This document shows, piece after piece, positions 10,233 to 19,800 of a stretch of 64,000 nucleotides of DNA (positions are counted from its first letter, which is position 1; every line of letters begins with the position of its first letter). Made by a program: the position numbers and the translations under genes. The DNA is from Bacteroidales bacterium (GTDB lineage Bacteria; Bacteroidota; Bacteroidia; Bacteroidales; WRGA01): assembly GCA_031553395.1 (NCBI GenBank), contig JAVBLR010000003.1, positions 69,799-133,798 of the forward strand. Reading direction: 5' to 3'. The notes under the pieces are model-generated. The model was not told the origin of the DNA and searched no databases. It worked only from the letters and a program-made list of their open reading frames with translations.

Positions 10233-10664
10233 TTAAAAGTCAAGAATTATTTTTAGCATTTTCAATGCCTCATTTTCCTTTTCCGTCATATCTGCGCGTT
10301 CTTTGGGCGATTTGTCTTTGATGCCGCAAAGGTGCAGTATTCCGTGAATGATTACACGGTGTAATTCTTCATCATAATCTGTATTGAATTTTTCGGAATT
10401 ACTTTTCACCGTATCCAAACTGATAAATATATCTCCCGAAATATCATTTTCCACGCCATAATCAAAAGTAATGATATCGGTGTAATAGTCGTGGTTGAGA
10501 TATTCATTATTAATACGGAGAATATATTCATCCGAACAGAAAATATAGGCAACATTTTCTACTTCTTTGCCATAAGTTTCTGCTACTTTTTTAATCCATT
10601 TTGAGATTTCCCTTTTGCGGATTTTGGGAGCTTTTATTTCTTCTGCTTGATAACTGATTGCCAT
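10233..10664 (-). CDS. ybeY: rRNA maturation endoribonuclease YbeY
   Basis: 143 aa with the zinc motif HGILHLCG in ...ELHRVIIHGILHLCGIKD. Confidence 0.92.
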   Translation of the reverse strand: MAISYQAEEIKAPKIRKREISKWIKKVAETYGKEVENVAYIFCSDEYILRINNEYLNHDYYTDIITFDYGVENDISGDIFISLDTVKSNSEKFNTDYDEELHRVIIHGILHLCGIKDKSPKERADMTEKENEALKMLKIILDF

Positions 10665-10739
10665 TTTATTTTAGATTTTCATCGGTTTGACTTAATTGAT
10701 CGAATATTTTTTTTCATCTTACGCCATCCGGAAGACATT

Positions 10740-12152
10740 TTACTGTTTATACGGAACTATCCCGCGTGAGGACAGATACACTTCATTGTGATACGAACCA
10801 AAGAGGTCGTACCGCGTTTTCGAATCCCCCTCAAACAACGCTTCATAGGTTTTGTGTGTTCCGCCGGGGATGTCGTAAACGTCAATCTGAAACAACAATA
10901 CATTGTTGTATGAAAAACCGACCATGATGAACACATCGTTACCTTTCCAGAAAATATCTTCCACGCCTACCGAAGGACCGTTATAGACAAGGCTATTCTT
11001 GGTTCTTTGGCGACGGTCGACCAGATATAATTGCTGATCAACATCATAATCACCCGTATCGTACCATACACCGTCACGCATCTCGACAGGTAGCATCATA
11101 TCCACATAGCGTTGCTTATTGGGCGAATAAGACATCTGCACCAAAGACGGAGAGTCATCTTCCGATCCGAATTCCCAGTAATAGGGATCTTCTGCTGAGT
11201 CGTGCGGACAGGTGAAACAAGCGCCTTCGATCACACTCGCCTGACGTGCCCGCGAAAGATCTATGCTATAAAAGTCGAGCCACGTTTGGATAATAGGTTG
11301 AATATACGCCACCTCTTGATTGGTGATCGGAGACTCGGTTCGCTGCTCACAAAACAGTTGCCGCGCCCGCTCACACTCATTCTCCCGACGGATAGAATCG
11401 CGGACGGCCCGGACTCTCTGTTCTTCCTGTCGGGCGGCTTTTTTGTCGATCGGGCGCGGCAGGTCATACCAATCGAATTTAGTCCAATACAACCTATTGT
11501 CTTCGGTTGAAAAACCTATATCGTGTCGCCAAGATTCCCAAGTGCCGATATTTGCAGTATGCAATACATTTTGCCGTTGCTCGTCGTAGATAAACAGTTT
11601 ATATTCGGTATCATAAAAGGGCGACAACTTTTGATTAATATAGTCATAGTTATATGTTTCTATATAGTACGAATATTGCCGGTCACCGCTATATGTTTTC
11701 TCGCCGGGACTGTGAGATTGAAACAACCAGATTACCCACACCAATAAAGGCAGGACGATAACCCCAATGATCAACCACCGTTTTTTAATCGCCGGATATA
11801 TCTTTTTGGGCCAAATAGCCAAAAGTGGTAATAATAACAACAAAAGCCAAGTAAGCAACGGAACACAAAAAATGTATTCGAGAGTATCCTGTCCGATGAA
11901 CATCATTTCATCGGTACAAATACGCAACGGGCTCGCCATGTCGGCCTCGAACGTATCCTCTCGAACAAAATTTGCTCCAAACGGATTGAGTTTGAGCATT
12001 AGGTTTACGGTCGGACCACCTTCCTGTTCGCGATAGGTGTGGATGGCTAAGAAGGATTTGACCAACAAACACAATCCACAGATGACGAGTGTTGAAATAA
12101 GCACTATTTTCAAAAATCTGTTTTTCGGCATCTTTAGATATTTATTTGACAC
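10740..12152 (-). CDS. Hypothetical membrane protein, GC-rich compositional outlier
   Basis: 470-aa ORF with a GTG start at 12152; the first ATG at 12131 gives MPKNRFLKIVLIS.... It has hydrophobic segments in the N-terminal third and a soluble Y/D/W-rich C-terminal region, and I recognise no family. Hand-counted GC is 47-67% per 60-nt line across 11101-11460. Confidence 0.7.
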   Translation of the reverse strand: MSNKYLKMPKNRFLKIVLISTLVICGLCLLVKSFLAIHTYREQEGGPTVNLMLKLNPFGANFVREDTFEADMASPLRICTDEMMFIGQDTLEYIFCVPLLTWLLLLLLPLLAIWPKKIYPAIKKRWLIIGVIVLPLLVWVIWLFQSHSPGEKTYSGDRQYSYYIETYNYDYINQKLSPFYDTEYKLFIYDEQRQNVLHTANIGTWESWRHDIGFSTEDNRLYWTKFDWYDLPRPIDKKAARQEEQRVRAVRDSIRRENECERARQLFCEQRTESPITNQEVAYIQPIIQTWLDFYSIDLSRARQASVIEGACFTCPHDSAEDPYYWEFGSEDDSPSLVQMSYSPNKQRYVDMMLPVEMRDGVWYDTGDYDVDQQLYLVDRRQRTKNSLVYNGPSVGVEDIFWKGNDVFIMVGFSYNNVLLFQIDVYDIPGGTHKTYEALFEGDSKTRYDLFGSYHNEVYLSSRGIVPYKQ

Positions 12153-12187
12153 TTAGTTGTCAACTTGTTTAGTCGTTTACTTTTTCT

Positions 12188-12195
12188 TACATTTG
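12188..12195 (+). promoter_or_regulatory. Candidate -7 promoter box (TAnnTTTG)
   Basis: TACATTTG, 28 nt upstream of the ATG at 12223. Confidence 0.45.
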
Positions 12196-12222
12196 TTTTT
12201 TCTTAGACAAAAGTACATAAAA

Positions 12223-12999
12223 ATGAAGACAAAAGAAGAAATCGTTGAAAATTGGCTTCCCCGGTATACCAAACGTCCATTGGAGGATTTTTCAAAATAT
12301 ATATTACTGACAAATTTCTCGAATTATGTAAGAATATTTGCCGAGCATTTTAATGTGCCGGTATTAGGTTTGGATGGAAATATGCCTAATGCAAGCGCCG
12401 AGGGAATTACTATTATCAATTTTGGCATGGGAAGTGCAAATGCTGCTACGGTAATGGATTTGCTGGGAGCGATAAAACCTCATGCAGTACTGTTTTTAGG
12501 AAAATGTGGCGGAATTAAACACGTGAATGCGTTGGGTGATTATATCTTACCGATTGCAGCCATTCGGGGAGAAGGTACTTCGAATGACTATTTTCCGCCG
12601 GAAGTTCCTTCTTTGCCGGCATTTAACCTGCAACGTGCTGTTTCATCGACCATTCGGGATCACAGTCGCGACTATTGGACGGGAACAATCTACACAACTA
12701 ATCGCCGGGTGTGGGAATATGATGAACATTTCAAGGATTATTTGCGTAAAATTCGTTGTATGGCGGTAGATATGGAAACAGCCACGCTATTCAGTGTCGG
12801 TTTTGCCAACGAAATTCCAACAGGCGCATTATTGCTGGTTTCCGACCAACCCATGATTTCATCAGGGGTAAAAACCGATAAAAGTGATAAACTTATTACC
12901 GAGAATTATGTTAATGAACATGTTCTTATCGGCATCGAATCATTAAAAATATTAATCAAAAACGGAACAACCGTAAAACATTTACGGTTCGATTGGTAG
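12223..12999 (+). CDS. AMP nucleosidase-like / nucleoside phosphorylase family (PNP_UDP_1) protein
   Basis: The ORF-track start at 12157 is a TTG with an implausible hydrophobic leader. The ATG at 12223 gives MKTKEEIVENWLPRYTKRPLEDF.... Phosphorylase-fold motifs are present: GKCGGIK, IRGEGTSNDY, MAVDMETATLF. Confidence 0.75.
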   Translation: MKTKEEIVENWLPRYTKRPLEDFSKYILLTNFSNYVRIFAEHFNVPVLGLDGNMPNASAEGITIINFGMGSANAATVMDLLGAIKPHAVLFLGKCGGIKHVNALGDYILPIAAIRGEGTSNDYFPPEVPSLPAFNLQRAVSSTIRDHSRDYWTGTIYTTNRRVWEYDEHFKDYLRKIRCMAVDMETATLFSVGFANEIPTGALLLVSDQPMISSGVKTDKSDKLITENYVNEHVLIGIESLKILIKNGTTVKHLRFDW

Positions 13000-13001
13000 A
13001 T

Positions 13002-13054
13002 TATGTTATACGTTTTACGTTATACGTATTACGTGAAAGAGTATAAAGTATAAC
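13002..13054. repeat. Heptad-periodic element, TACGTTn class
   Basis: TATGTTA TACGTTT TACGTTA TACGTAT TACGTGA AAGAGTA TAAAGTA TAAC fills the gap between the stop at 12999 and the ATG at 13060. GTTATAC pairs with GTATAAC. It shares a 16-mer with 5685-5700. Confidence 0.6.
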
Positions 13055-13059
13055 TTTTT

Positions 13060-14082
13060 ATGGCAAAAAAGGATGGTGTAACGCACACCGAAATTTTAAA
13101 TGATATCAAACGAAAACAGTTCAAGCCTGTGTATTTTTTCATGGGTGAAGAATCGTATTATATTGATTTATTGACCGATGCAATAATAGATAATGCATTG
13201 GCGGAATCGGAACGGGATTTTAATCAAACCATTTTGTATGGTGCAGATACTAATATTGCTGAAATCATCAATGCTTCGAAACGTTATCCGATGATGGCCG
13301 AAAGGCAATTAATTGTTGTAAAGGAGGCTCAAACGCTGAAAAATATAGATGAACTTTCCTATTATCTGCAAAAACCTCAACCTACAACTGTACTGGTCTT
13401 TAATTATAAATACGGAAAATTAGACGGACGGAAAAAAGTATCAACGGATATTGCAAAAGTTGGTGTTTTATTCGAATCGAAAAAGTTATATGATAACCAA
13501 CTTCCGACTTGGATTAATGGATATGTTACTTCGAAAGGTTATACTATCGATGGTAAATCAGCCGCAATGCTTACCGAATTCTTGGGAGCAAACCTTAGTC
13601 GTGTAGCCGGAGAATTGGATAAACTGATTATTACACTTCCTCAAGGAGAAAAACGAATAACGGACAGTTTAATCGAACGTAATATCGGTATAAGCAAAGA
13701 GTACAATACATTCGAATTACAAAAAGCGTTGGCTAACAGGGATATTCTCAGAGTAAACAGAATTGTCGATTATTTCGGAAAAAATACAAAAAATAATCCG
13801 ATGGTAATGACAATGAGTTTATTATTTTCCTTTTTTTCAAATCTGATGATTTGCCATTATGCTGTAAATAAATCCGAAAACGGAATAATGAATGAGTTGG
13901 GATTCAGAACTGCTTTTCAAACGCAGGATTATAGTACTGCCATGAGAAATTACAATGCTGTGAAAACCATGCAAATCATTTCGTTGTTTAGAGAATATGA
14001 TGCTAAATATAAAGGATTTCAAAGTGTTGCAGTATCTGAAGGAGATTTGCTGAAAGAATTAATGTACAAAATAATGCATTGA
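13060..14082 (+). CDS. holA: DNA polymerase III delta subunit
   Basis: 340 aa. The N-terminus ...FKPVYFFMGEESYYIDLLTDAI... and overall length fit the HolA family. Confidence 0.82.
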   Translation: MAKKDGVTHTEILNDIKRKQFKPVYFFMGEESYYIDLLTDAIIDNALAESERDFNQTILYGADTNIAEIINASKRYPMMAERQLIVVKEAQTLKNIDELSYYLQKPQPTTVLVFNYKYGKLDGRKKVSTDIAKVGVLFESKKLYDNQLPTWINGYVTSKGYTIDGKSAAMLTEFLGANLSRVAGELDKLIITLPQGEKRITDSLIERNIGISKEYNTFELQKALANRDILRVNRIVDYFGKNTKNNPMVMTMSLLFSFFSNLMICHYAVNKSENGIMNELGFRTAFQTQDYSTAMRNYNAVKTMQIISLFREYDAKYKGFQSVAVSEGDLLKELMYKIMH

Positions 14083-14165
14083 AAGGTAAAAAGTAACAAG
14101 TAAAAGGTAAAAATGGAATAATCCTACACCTTTTACCTTTTACCTTTTACCTTTTACCTTTTTTC
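14083..14165. repeat. Heptad-periodic hairpin, GGTAAAA/CCTTTTA class
   Basis: The left arm AAGGTAAAAAGTAACAAGTAAAAGGTAAAAATGG starts at the base after the holA stop. The right arm (CCTTTTA)x4-5 ends at the base before the marC-family ATG. Confidence 0.8.
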
Positions 14166-14762
14166 ATGGAACTATATTTTGATTGGAAAGAATTTATAAG
14201 TGCTTTTGTTGTGCTTTTTGCCGTGATTGATATAACGGGTTCCATACCTATTGTTATTGATTTGCGACAAAAACACCGCACTATCAATGCCGAGCAAACA
14301 GCGATTTTTTCACTAATAATTTTAGTCGCATTTTTGTTTGTCGGAGAAGCATTGTTGGGATTATTCGGAGTGGATATATCTTCATTTGCCGTTGCCGGAG
14401 CAATTGTTATTTTTATTATGGGACTGGAAATGACGTTGGGTATTGAAATTTTTAAGAACGATGGTCCAGTTAAGACCGCAACACTTGTACCATTGGTTTT
14501 TCCGTTGATTGCCGGCGCCGGTGCATTTACTGCGTTGCTGTCCTTAAGGGCAGAATATAATTACTTAAACATCATATTAGCTGTAGTTGTCAATATGATA
14601 GTGGTGTATATAATTGTGAAAAATGTCGATTGGATTGAGAAAAAAGTGGGATTAGGAGGAATTTACATCATGCGTAAGTTTTTTGGAATTATCTTGTTGG
14701 CCATTTCAGTGAAATTGATAACCTCTAATTTGGGAATCATTTTATCAACGTTGTTGAAATAG
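14166..14762 (+). CDS. MarC family (UPF0056) integral membrane protein
   Basis: 198 aa with about 6 predicted TM helices. The N-terminus ...FVVLFAVIDITGSIPIVI... is typical of the MarC family. Confidence 0.8.
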   Translation: MELYFDWKEFISAFVVLFAVIDITGSIPIVIDLRQKHRTINAEQTAIFSLIILVAFLFVGEALLGLFGVDISSFAVAGAIVIFIMGLEMTLGIEIFKNDGPVKTATLVPLVFPLIAGAGAFTALLSLRAEYNYLNIILAVVVNMIVVYIIVKNVDWIEKKVGLGGIYIMRKFFGIILLAISVKLITSNLGIILSTLLK

Positions 14763-14764
14763 AT

Positions 14765-17218
14765 TTAACCCAATGTCGCTATTTTTATTTTTAAATCTGC
14801 CGTTAATAAATCCAATTGTTTTATAACAGAAATAAGTAATTCACTCCAATTTTCTTCGGAAAGATTATCTTTATTTTCTTCGATGGTACGCAAAGAAGCA
14901 ACAAGTTCGGAATTTCCCATCATTGTAATTACCGGGATTACTTTATGAGCGATTTGGGATGCTTTTTTCCGATCTTTTTCCTGAAGAGCCTTTTCCAACA
15001 TGGAAATATTTGTATTCGTTTCTTCAAAAAAAGTCGTTAATATTGAATGTGTTGCCTCTTTATCATCTTCGGCAAAAGCCGTAAGAGGCGAATAATCAAA
15101 TGCCGGTTTTTGTTGAATGCCAGTAGATAGCGTATTATTTAGCATTGTTATTAGCTGATTCGGAGAAAATGGTTTATTCAAGAATCCATTAAAGCCCATT
15201 TTTATATAATAATCAGAATCTTTATCGATACTTGCCGATAGCGCAATAACCGGAATCTTATCCGTATTGGGAATATTCGAATTTCGAATCTGTTCCAATA
15301 ATTGATGTCCGTCAACATGCGGCATTTGAATATCAGTCAGAATAATATCAAACGTAGTATTATTCAATAAATCCAATATAGAATGAGGATTTAAGCAAGA
15401 AGTAACTTTTACTCCAAGTTGTTTTAATAGTTCTTCGGTAAAAGCCAATTGGAACGGATCATCGTCAATCAAAAGGCAATGAATCTCTTTATTTTTTTGG
15501 ATAACTAATTCTTTATCTTGCGTTTCGAATATTTGATCTGTTTCTGATTTAGTAATGGGTAATATAACTTCAAAATCGCTTCCTTTTCCTGGAATGCTTT
15601 GCAATGTAAGTTCTCCTTTCAGTAATTCGACAAGTTTCCATGTTATTGATAAGCCCAATCCAAATCCCTCGACTTGTTCTGTCTGAGAAAGGCGGGAAAA
15701 TTCAGAAAAGATTCTTTCCTGTTCTTCTTTTGGAATTCCGGGTCCAGTATCGCTTACTGTAATTGTCAGAAAATATTCCGATATACTTTTTTCCCTGATA
15801 GATACATTTAATGTAATCTTGCCTTCCGAAGTAAATTTGATGGCATTAGATAATAAATTACCAACAATTTGGCGCAAAAGTATTGGGTCTATATCGTATG
15901 AAAGATCCAAATTGCCTTTGGTTTCAAGAAGGATTTTTAATCCTTTAGCCTCGGCAATCGGTTCGAATCCGGCATATATTTCGTTAATCAATGTTTTGAG
16001 ATTAAAAGGAACAAGGTGTACTTCCATTTCTCCTGATTCCAACCGGTGAGCATCCAATAAATTATTCACCAATGCAAGGATATGCTTGGATGAAGCAGTC
16101 ATGTTATCGAGGTAATATCGTTGCCGTTCGGCAGGATTCAACCGAGATAACAGTTCGATGTATCCGATAATTGATGAAAGTGGAGCCCGGATATCATGAC
16201 TAATCATCAACATTAACTTTTCGCGGGCATGCAGTAAATTCTCGGTATATTGGTTGGATTTTTCCAATTGTTTTCGGTAATATCTGCTTCGCGAAATATC
16301 TCTTATTATTATGAATAAAAAGATGGCTGTTATTATGATGGATAAAACAGCTATGAAAGCAAGTAGCTTTGTAGAATTTTTCAATAACGTTTCCTTTTTC
16401 GTGAAACGTTCGAATGAAGCATTCACTTCTTCTTCTTCAATAGCCCGCAATAACTGGTTTATTTTGTTGGTAATTGTATTGTTATTATATTGGATGCTAC
16501 CAAGCCGTTGAAGTAATAAATTTGAGCTTTCTTTTCGTTGTAATTCCACATTATCTTTGATATCTTTCAAAACAGATACAACTTTTTCGGAAGAAGCAAT
16601 AGCTGTAGTATCAGGAACTACTTTCCGGCTCGATTTTATTACCACATTGGAATTGTTAGAAGGAGGGTCGAAAACATCTGCCAAACGACGGAAAAATTTG
16701 CGTTGTTTTCCGGGAACTAATACAGAATCCCGTCGGATTTCAATTTTTTGTTTATCATCACTAACAGTGTCTTGTCCGGCAATTGCTTTTTCAATATTCC
16801 TTGAATAAAGGTTTCCGGTATTTATTTCATTCAATGTTTGCAATAAACGGCGCGTATTTCTCCGTTTTTGTTCTATCAATAAATTAATGGTGTCGATTTT
16901 TGTTAATTGGGTAGAATCTGTAATTAATGTACGTAAGGTATCCATGTTGCGGAGCGCCTTGTCAAACGGTTGATTGATGTAGTTGAAGTCATTATGTCCC
17001 GGCTGAATTATTTCTCCTAAGGCCTCACTTTCGTATAAAAGAGCTAATGTGTTAGTTATCAGGTATACCTTTAGTCGTGATTTATTATCAGGTTCATCTT
17101 CTCCTGCTACTTCTTTTATAGTATTATAGACATAAGTTATTGAAAATATCGCAATTAATATAATTGAGATATATCCCAAAATAACCTTTAATGTAATATT
17201 TCTGTTTTTTTCTTCCAT
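14765..17218 (-). CDS. Hybrid sensor histidine kinase / response regulator with C-terminal HPt domain
   Basis: 817 aa. Two TM segments flank a roughly 270-aa coiled region. It has HisKA (MLMISHDIRAPLSSI), HATPase_c (GPGIPKEE...GFGLGLSI), REC (LLIDDDPF...DIQMPHVDG) and an HPt-like tail (AHKVIPVITMMG). Confidence 0.9.
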   Translation of the reverse strand: MEEKNRNITLKVILGYISIILIAIFSITYVYNTIKEVAGEDEPDNKSRLKVYLITNTLALLYESEALGEIIQPGHNDFNYINQPFDKALRNMDTLRTLITDSTQLTKIDTINLLIEQKRRNTRRLLQTLNEINTGNLYSRNIEKAIAGQDTVSDDKQKIEIRRDSVLVPGKQRKFFRRLADVFDPPSNNSNVVIKSSRKVVPDTTAIASSEKVVSVLKDIKDNVELQRKESSNLLLQRLGSIQYNNNTITNKINQLLRAIEEEEVNASFERFTKKETLLKNSTKLLAFIAVLSIIITAIFLFIIIRDISRSRYYRKQLEKSNQYTENLLHAREKLMLMISHDIRAPLSSIIGYIELLSRLNPAERQRYYLDNMTASSKHILALVNNLLDAHRLESGEMEVHLVPFNLKTLINEIYAGFEPIAEAKGLKILLETKGNLDLSYDIDPILLRQIVGNLLSNAIKFTSEGKITLNVSIREKSISEYFLTITVSDTGPGIPKEEQERIFSEFSRLSQTEQVEGFGLGLSITWKLVELLKGELTLQSIPGKGSDFEVILPITKSETDQIFETQDKELVIQKNKEIHCLLIDDDPFQLAFTEELLKQLGVKVTSCLNPHSILDLLNNTTFDIILTDIQMPHVDGHQLLEQIRNSNIPNTDKIPVIALSASIDKDSDYYIKMGFNGFLNKPFSPNQLITMLNNTLSTGIQQKPAFDYSPLTAFAEDDKEATHSILTTFFEETNTNISMLEKALQEKDRKKASQIAHKVIPVITMMGNSELVASLRTIEENKDNLSEENWSELLISVIKQLDLLTADLKIKIATLG

Positions 17219-17232
17219 ATCAGTCTGAATAC

Positions 17233-17270
17233 AAAATTAGCCATTCCCGGTAAAAAGAATGGCTAATTTT
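17233..17270 (-). terminator. Intrinsic terminator downstream of the 19711..17291 operon
   Basis: AAAATTAGCCATTC (17233-17246) pairs with GAATGGCTAATTTT (17257-17270), a 14-bp perfect stem 21 nt beyond the stop at 17291. Confidence 0.7.
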
Positions 17271-17290
17271 GCATGAAAAACATCACAACG

Positions 17291-18745
17291 TTATTTCTTT
17301 AACTTTTCTACCGCCCAATAATCACCGAAATTAAACGATTGCCAATCCCGATTTTCCATTTCCGTCATATATTCATCAACACAAAATGGATAATCATCTT
17401 TATCCTTATAAACATACGGATAAGCCTGAGAAGAAAGGTCGCTTCTCATATAATTATAATCGATTTTTACAGTCGATTGAGAGGTATTGTACTTGCAAAT
17501 AATTACATCCCAATTGAAAAATCCTGCAAATAATAATGTTCCTAAAATACCCCAACCGCAAACCCGGTTATAGTAATAAAATGTCTTTTTGTTTCTGATT
17601 TTCAAATATAAAAAGAAAAGTCCTAATCCGACAATAAAAAGAAAAATAAATACGCCAATTCGTTTGTAAGTCAATCCACATTGCGTAACATAATGAAAAT
17701 TACGTAATCCTACTGACAATAATAGAAAAGCATTTTGAATAATCCATGCAGTTGATACAAATTTCAGGTTCTTGTTTTTACTATAAAGATTCAGATTATC
17801 CCGGAAAAAATATAAAATTATTCCGACAGATATTAAAACGCTTAAAATCAATAAATATGTACCATGATGAACAAATGTTGAAAGTTCGCCGGCTGTTTCG
17901 GGAATTTGTCCTAACCAAACCGTAAATATGTCGGTACAATTAACAAGCAAAAGCAATATATTTATCAAAGAGATGCTTAATAATGCTGTTTTGTATTCGT
18001 CTTTTAATTTTACACTTAATCCATTTTGATAAAAGCGAATTTTTTCTCGTACAAAATTGTTTTTACAGCTATTGTCATAATTTGAGATTGCATTCTTTTC
18101 GAATGATAAAAAGAATAATGACAAAAAGTAAACGATGAATGCAAAATGAAAAATATCGAGAAATGATATATGGGAAAATACTTCTCCCAAAAAGTCAAAT
18201 AAAGGATTAAATGCACTTTCTGCCAACTTCTTAAATTGCGCATTGGCTGTTAAGAATAATCCTAAAAATATCAGGACAAATATGCTCGCGATGAGAATAC
18301 GGGAAAAGAGAGCTTTGGCGTTTCGGGAATTTATTTTTTCACCATTTTCCTTTTTTGCAAACGGAAAAACAAGCGCGTCTTTTATCATTTTAAAATACAG
18401 TTTGATACTTTTGGGGATATTCAGCAAAAAAGAAATAAATGCAAAAAACAAAAACCGTAAAGAAGGTATTTGCACAAAACTTATAAAAACAACCAAACTT
18501 ATATAATACATTACCATACTGAAAATAATGCCATTAACAGTTACTGAAACAGCACTGAGAAAAAAAACTCCGGCAAGGCATTTTAGTAATGTATTATTAC
18601 GTAAATCTTTCCTGCACAAGAATACCGATAGTATCAGTAAAGCAGCAAAAATAACTGCATTTAAACCTAAATGTTGATACCACATTAAGTAGCAATAAGC
18701 AACACTTCCTATTAATAATCCTGCAAATAATTTTAAATTTTTCAT
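17291..18745 (-). CDS. Polytopic membrane protein of unknown function (possibly DUF4173-like)
   Basis: The ORF-track start at 18790 is a TTG. The ATG at 18745 gives MKNLKLFAGLLIGS.... There are more than 10 hydrophobic helices. The family assignment is from memory only. Confidence 0.65.
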   Translation of the reverse strand: MKNLKLFAGLLIGSVAYCYLMWYQHLGLNAVIFAALLILSVFLCRKDLRNNTLLKCLAGVFFLSAVSVTVNGIIFSMVMYYISLVVFISFVQIPSLRFLFFAFISFLLNIPKSIKLYFKMIKDALVFPFAKKENGEKINSRNAKALFSRILIASIFVLIFLGLFLTANAQFKKLAESAFNPLFDFLGEVFSHISFLDIFHFAFIVYFLSLFFLSFEKNAISNYDNSCKNNFVREKIRFYQNGLSVKLKDEYKTALLSISLINILLLLVNCTDIFTVWLGQIPETAGELSTFVHHGTYLLILSVLISVGIILYFFRDNLNLYSKNKNLKFVSTAWIIQNAFLLLSVGLRNFHYVTQCGLTYKRIGVFIFLFIVGLGLFFLYLKIRNKKTFYYYNRVCGWGILGTLLFAGFFNWDVIICKYNTSQSTVKIDYNYMRSDLSSQAYPYVYKDKDDYPFCVDEYMTEMENRDWQSFNFGDYWAVEKLKK

Positions 18746-18809
18746 TTTTAGATGTATTATTATATTTTTTAAAAGAACTTTGAATTTCAAAGTATTTGAG
18801 TAAAAAAAA

Positions 18810-19109
18810 TTATGATATTGTTTTTAGAAAATTTTCCAATGCATTCAGATGTTCGATAAATGCTTGTTTTCCTATTTCTGTTATTACGTATGAGGTATTG
18901 GGTTTCCGGCCAATAAATTGTTTTTGTACTTGGATATAATTCAGCTCTTCCAATCCCCGGATATGGCTCGCTAAATTTCCATCGGTAAGCTGAAGTAATT
19001 CTTTCAGTGTTTTGAAATCGACATTTTCATTTACCATCAATGCTGACATTATGCCTAACCTGACTTTACTTTCGAATGCTTTATTTATATGTTCGACAGG
19101 ATTCTTCAT
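18810..19109 (-). CDS. Small winged-helix transcriptional regulator
   Basis: 99 aa, ...RLGIMSALMVNENVDFKTLKELLQLTDGNLASHIRGLEELNYIQVQKQFIGRKPNTSY..., a wHTH pattern. Its ATG overlaps the upstream stop (ATGA at 19106-19109). Confidence 0.8.
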   Translation of the reverse strand: MKNPVEHINKAFESKVRLGIMSALMVNENVDFKTLKELLQLTDGNLASHIRGLEELNYIQVQKQFIGRKPNTSYVITEIGKQAFIEHLNALENFLKTIS

Positions 19110-19711
19110 TTTGCTTTTCTTTCATATTTGAAATACATTAGTATGCCGTAGAAAATATGCAAAACGCCGAAACCGAAAGTCCAGAAAAACAAACTGTATT
19201 GGGTAAGAAAGCTATTAATCATTCCTAAAGCTAACATCGAATACCCCAAATATAAAATATCCTTGAAAGTATAACGGGAAGCGGTAATCAATGCCAATCC
19301 ATAAAAGCATAACATGATTGTTGTGATGTATTGAGTATCTCCGTTTATACCCATCGCAATACATAAAGCGCCGCCGGGCAATAAACAAATAAAAATATTT
19401 GCATGTATCTTCTTGGCTGCTCCTGAAAAAATGGATTCACCTGATTTTCTTGCTTTTCTTTCGGAAAGGAATGCAGCCGTTGCAATTGCTAAGAAAAGAA
19501 CTGCTATTGCAACTAAACCAATGGACAATTTTCTTCCATCATCGCTTAATCCAAATGGATTTTGCATCAGGGATTTTGCAATAACAGCTCCTAAAATAGC
19601 ATAACTACCAAGGAAAATTCCTGAATATCTGCTTAATGAAAGGCATTTAGTGGATTTTTCCATCATGCCTTTAATATCTTTCAACGTGTCTAATGCTTCT
19701 TTATTTTTCAT
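19106..19711 (-). CDS. Hypothetical membrane protein (first gene of a 3-gene unit)
   Basis: 201 aa with 5-6 predicted TM helices and a 4-nt overlap with the wHTH gene. Confidence 0.7.
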   Translation of the reverse strand: MKNKEALDTLKDIKGMMEKSTKCLSLSRYSGIFLGSYAILGAVIAKSLMQNPFGLSDDGRKLSIGLVAIAVLFLAIATAAFLSERKARKSGESIFSGAAKKIHANIFICLLPGGALCIAMGINGDTQYITTIMLCFYGLALITASRYTFKDILYLGYSMLALGMINSFLTQYSLFFWTFGFGVLHIFYGILMYFKYERKAK

Positions 19712-19800
19712 ATAAAAGTACTTTGAGTTGCAAAGTAAATAACTATATTTGAAATAAGAAAATTTTTTGGATTTTTTTTATACAGAATGAGTCCAATATG

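Noticed and set aside
10682-10738. 19-codon mini-ORF (MSSGWRKMKKNIRSIKSNR) between the orphan gene and ybeY
   Set aside because: It is too short, has no supporting signal, and is likely to be chance.
11202-11589. Three overlapping ORFs (11202..11510 +, 11261..11467 -, 11320..11589 +) inside 10740..12152
   Set aside because: They are Arg/Ser/Pro-rich frames of the kind that open up by chance in locally GC-rich DNA. The 470-aa minus-strand frame is far longer and has coherent TM and soluble-domain organisation.
17232-17239. TAnnTTTG match (CAAAATTA on the forward strand) 14 nt upstream of the hybrid kinase ATG
   Set aside because: It lies inside the stem of the upstream operon's terminator and would leave almost no leader. 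It is more likely a coincidental match.
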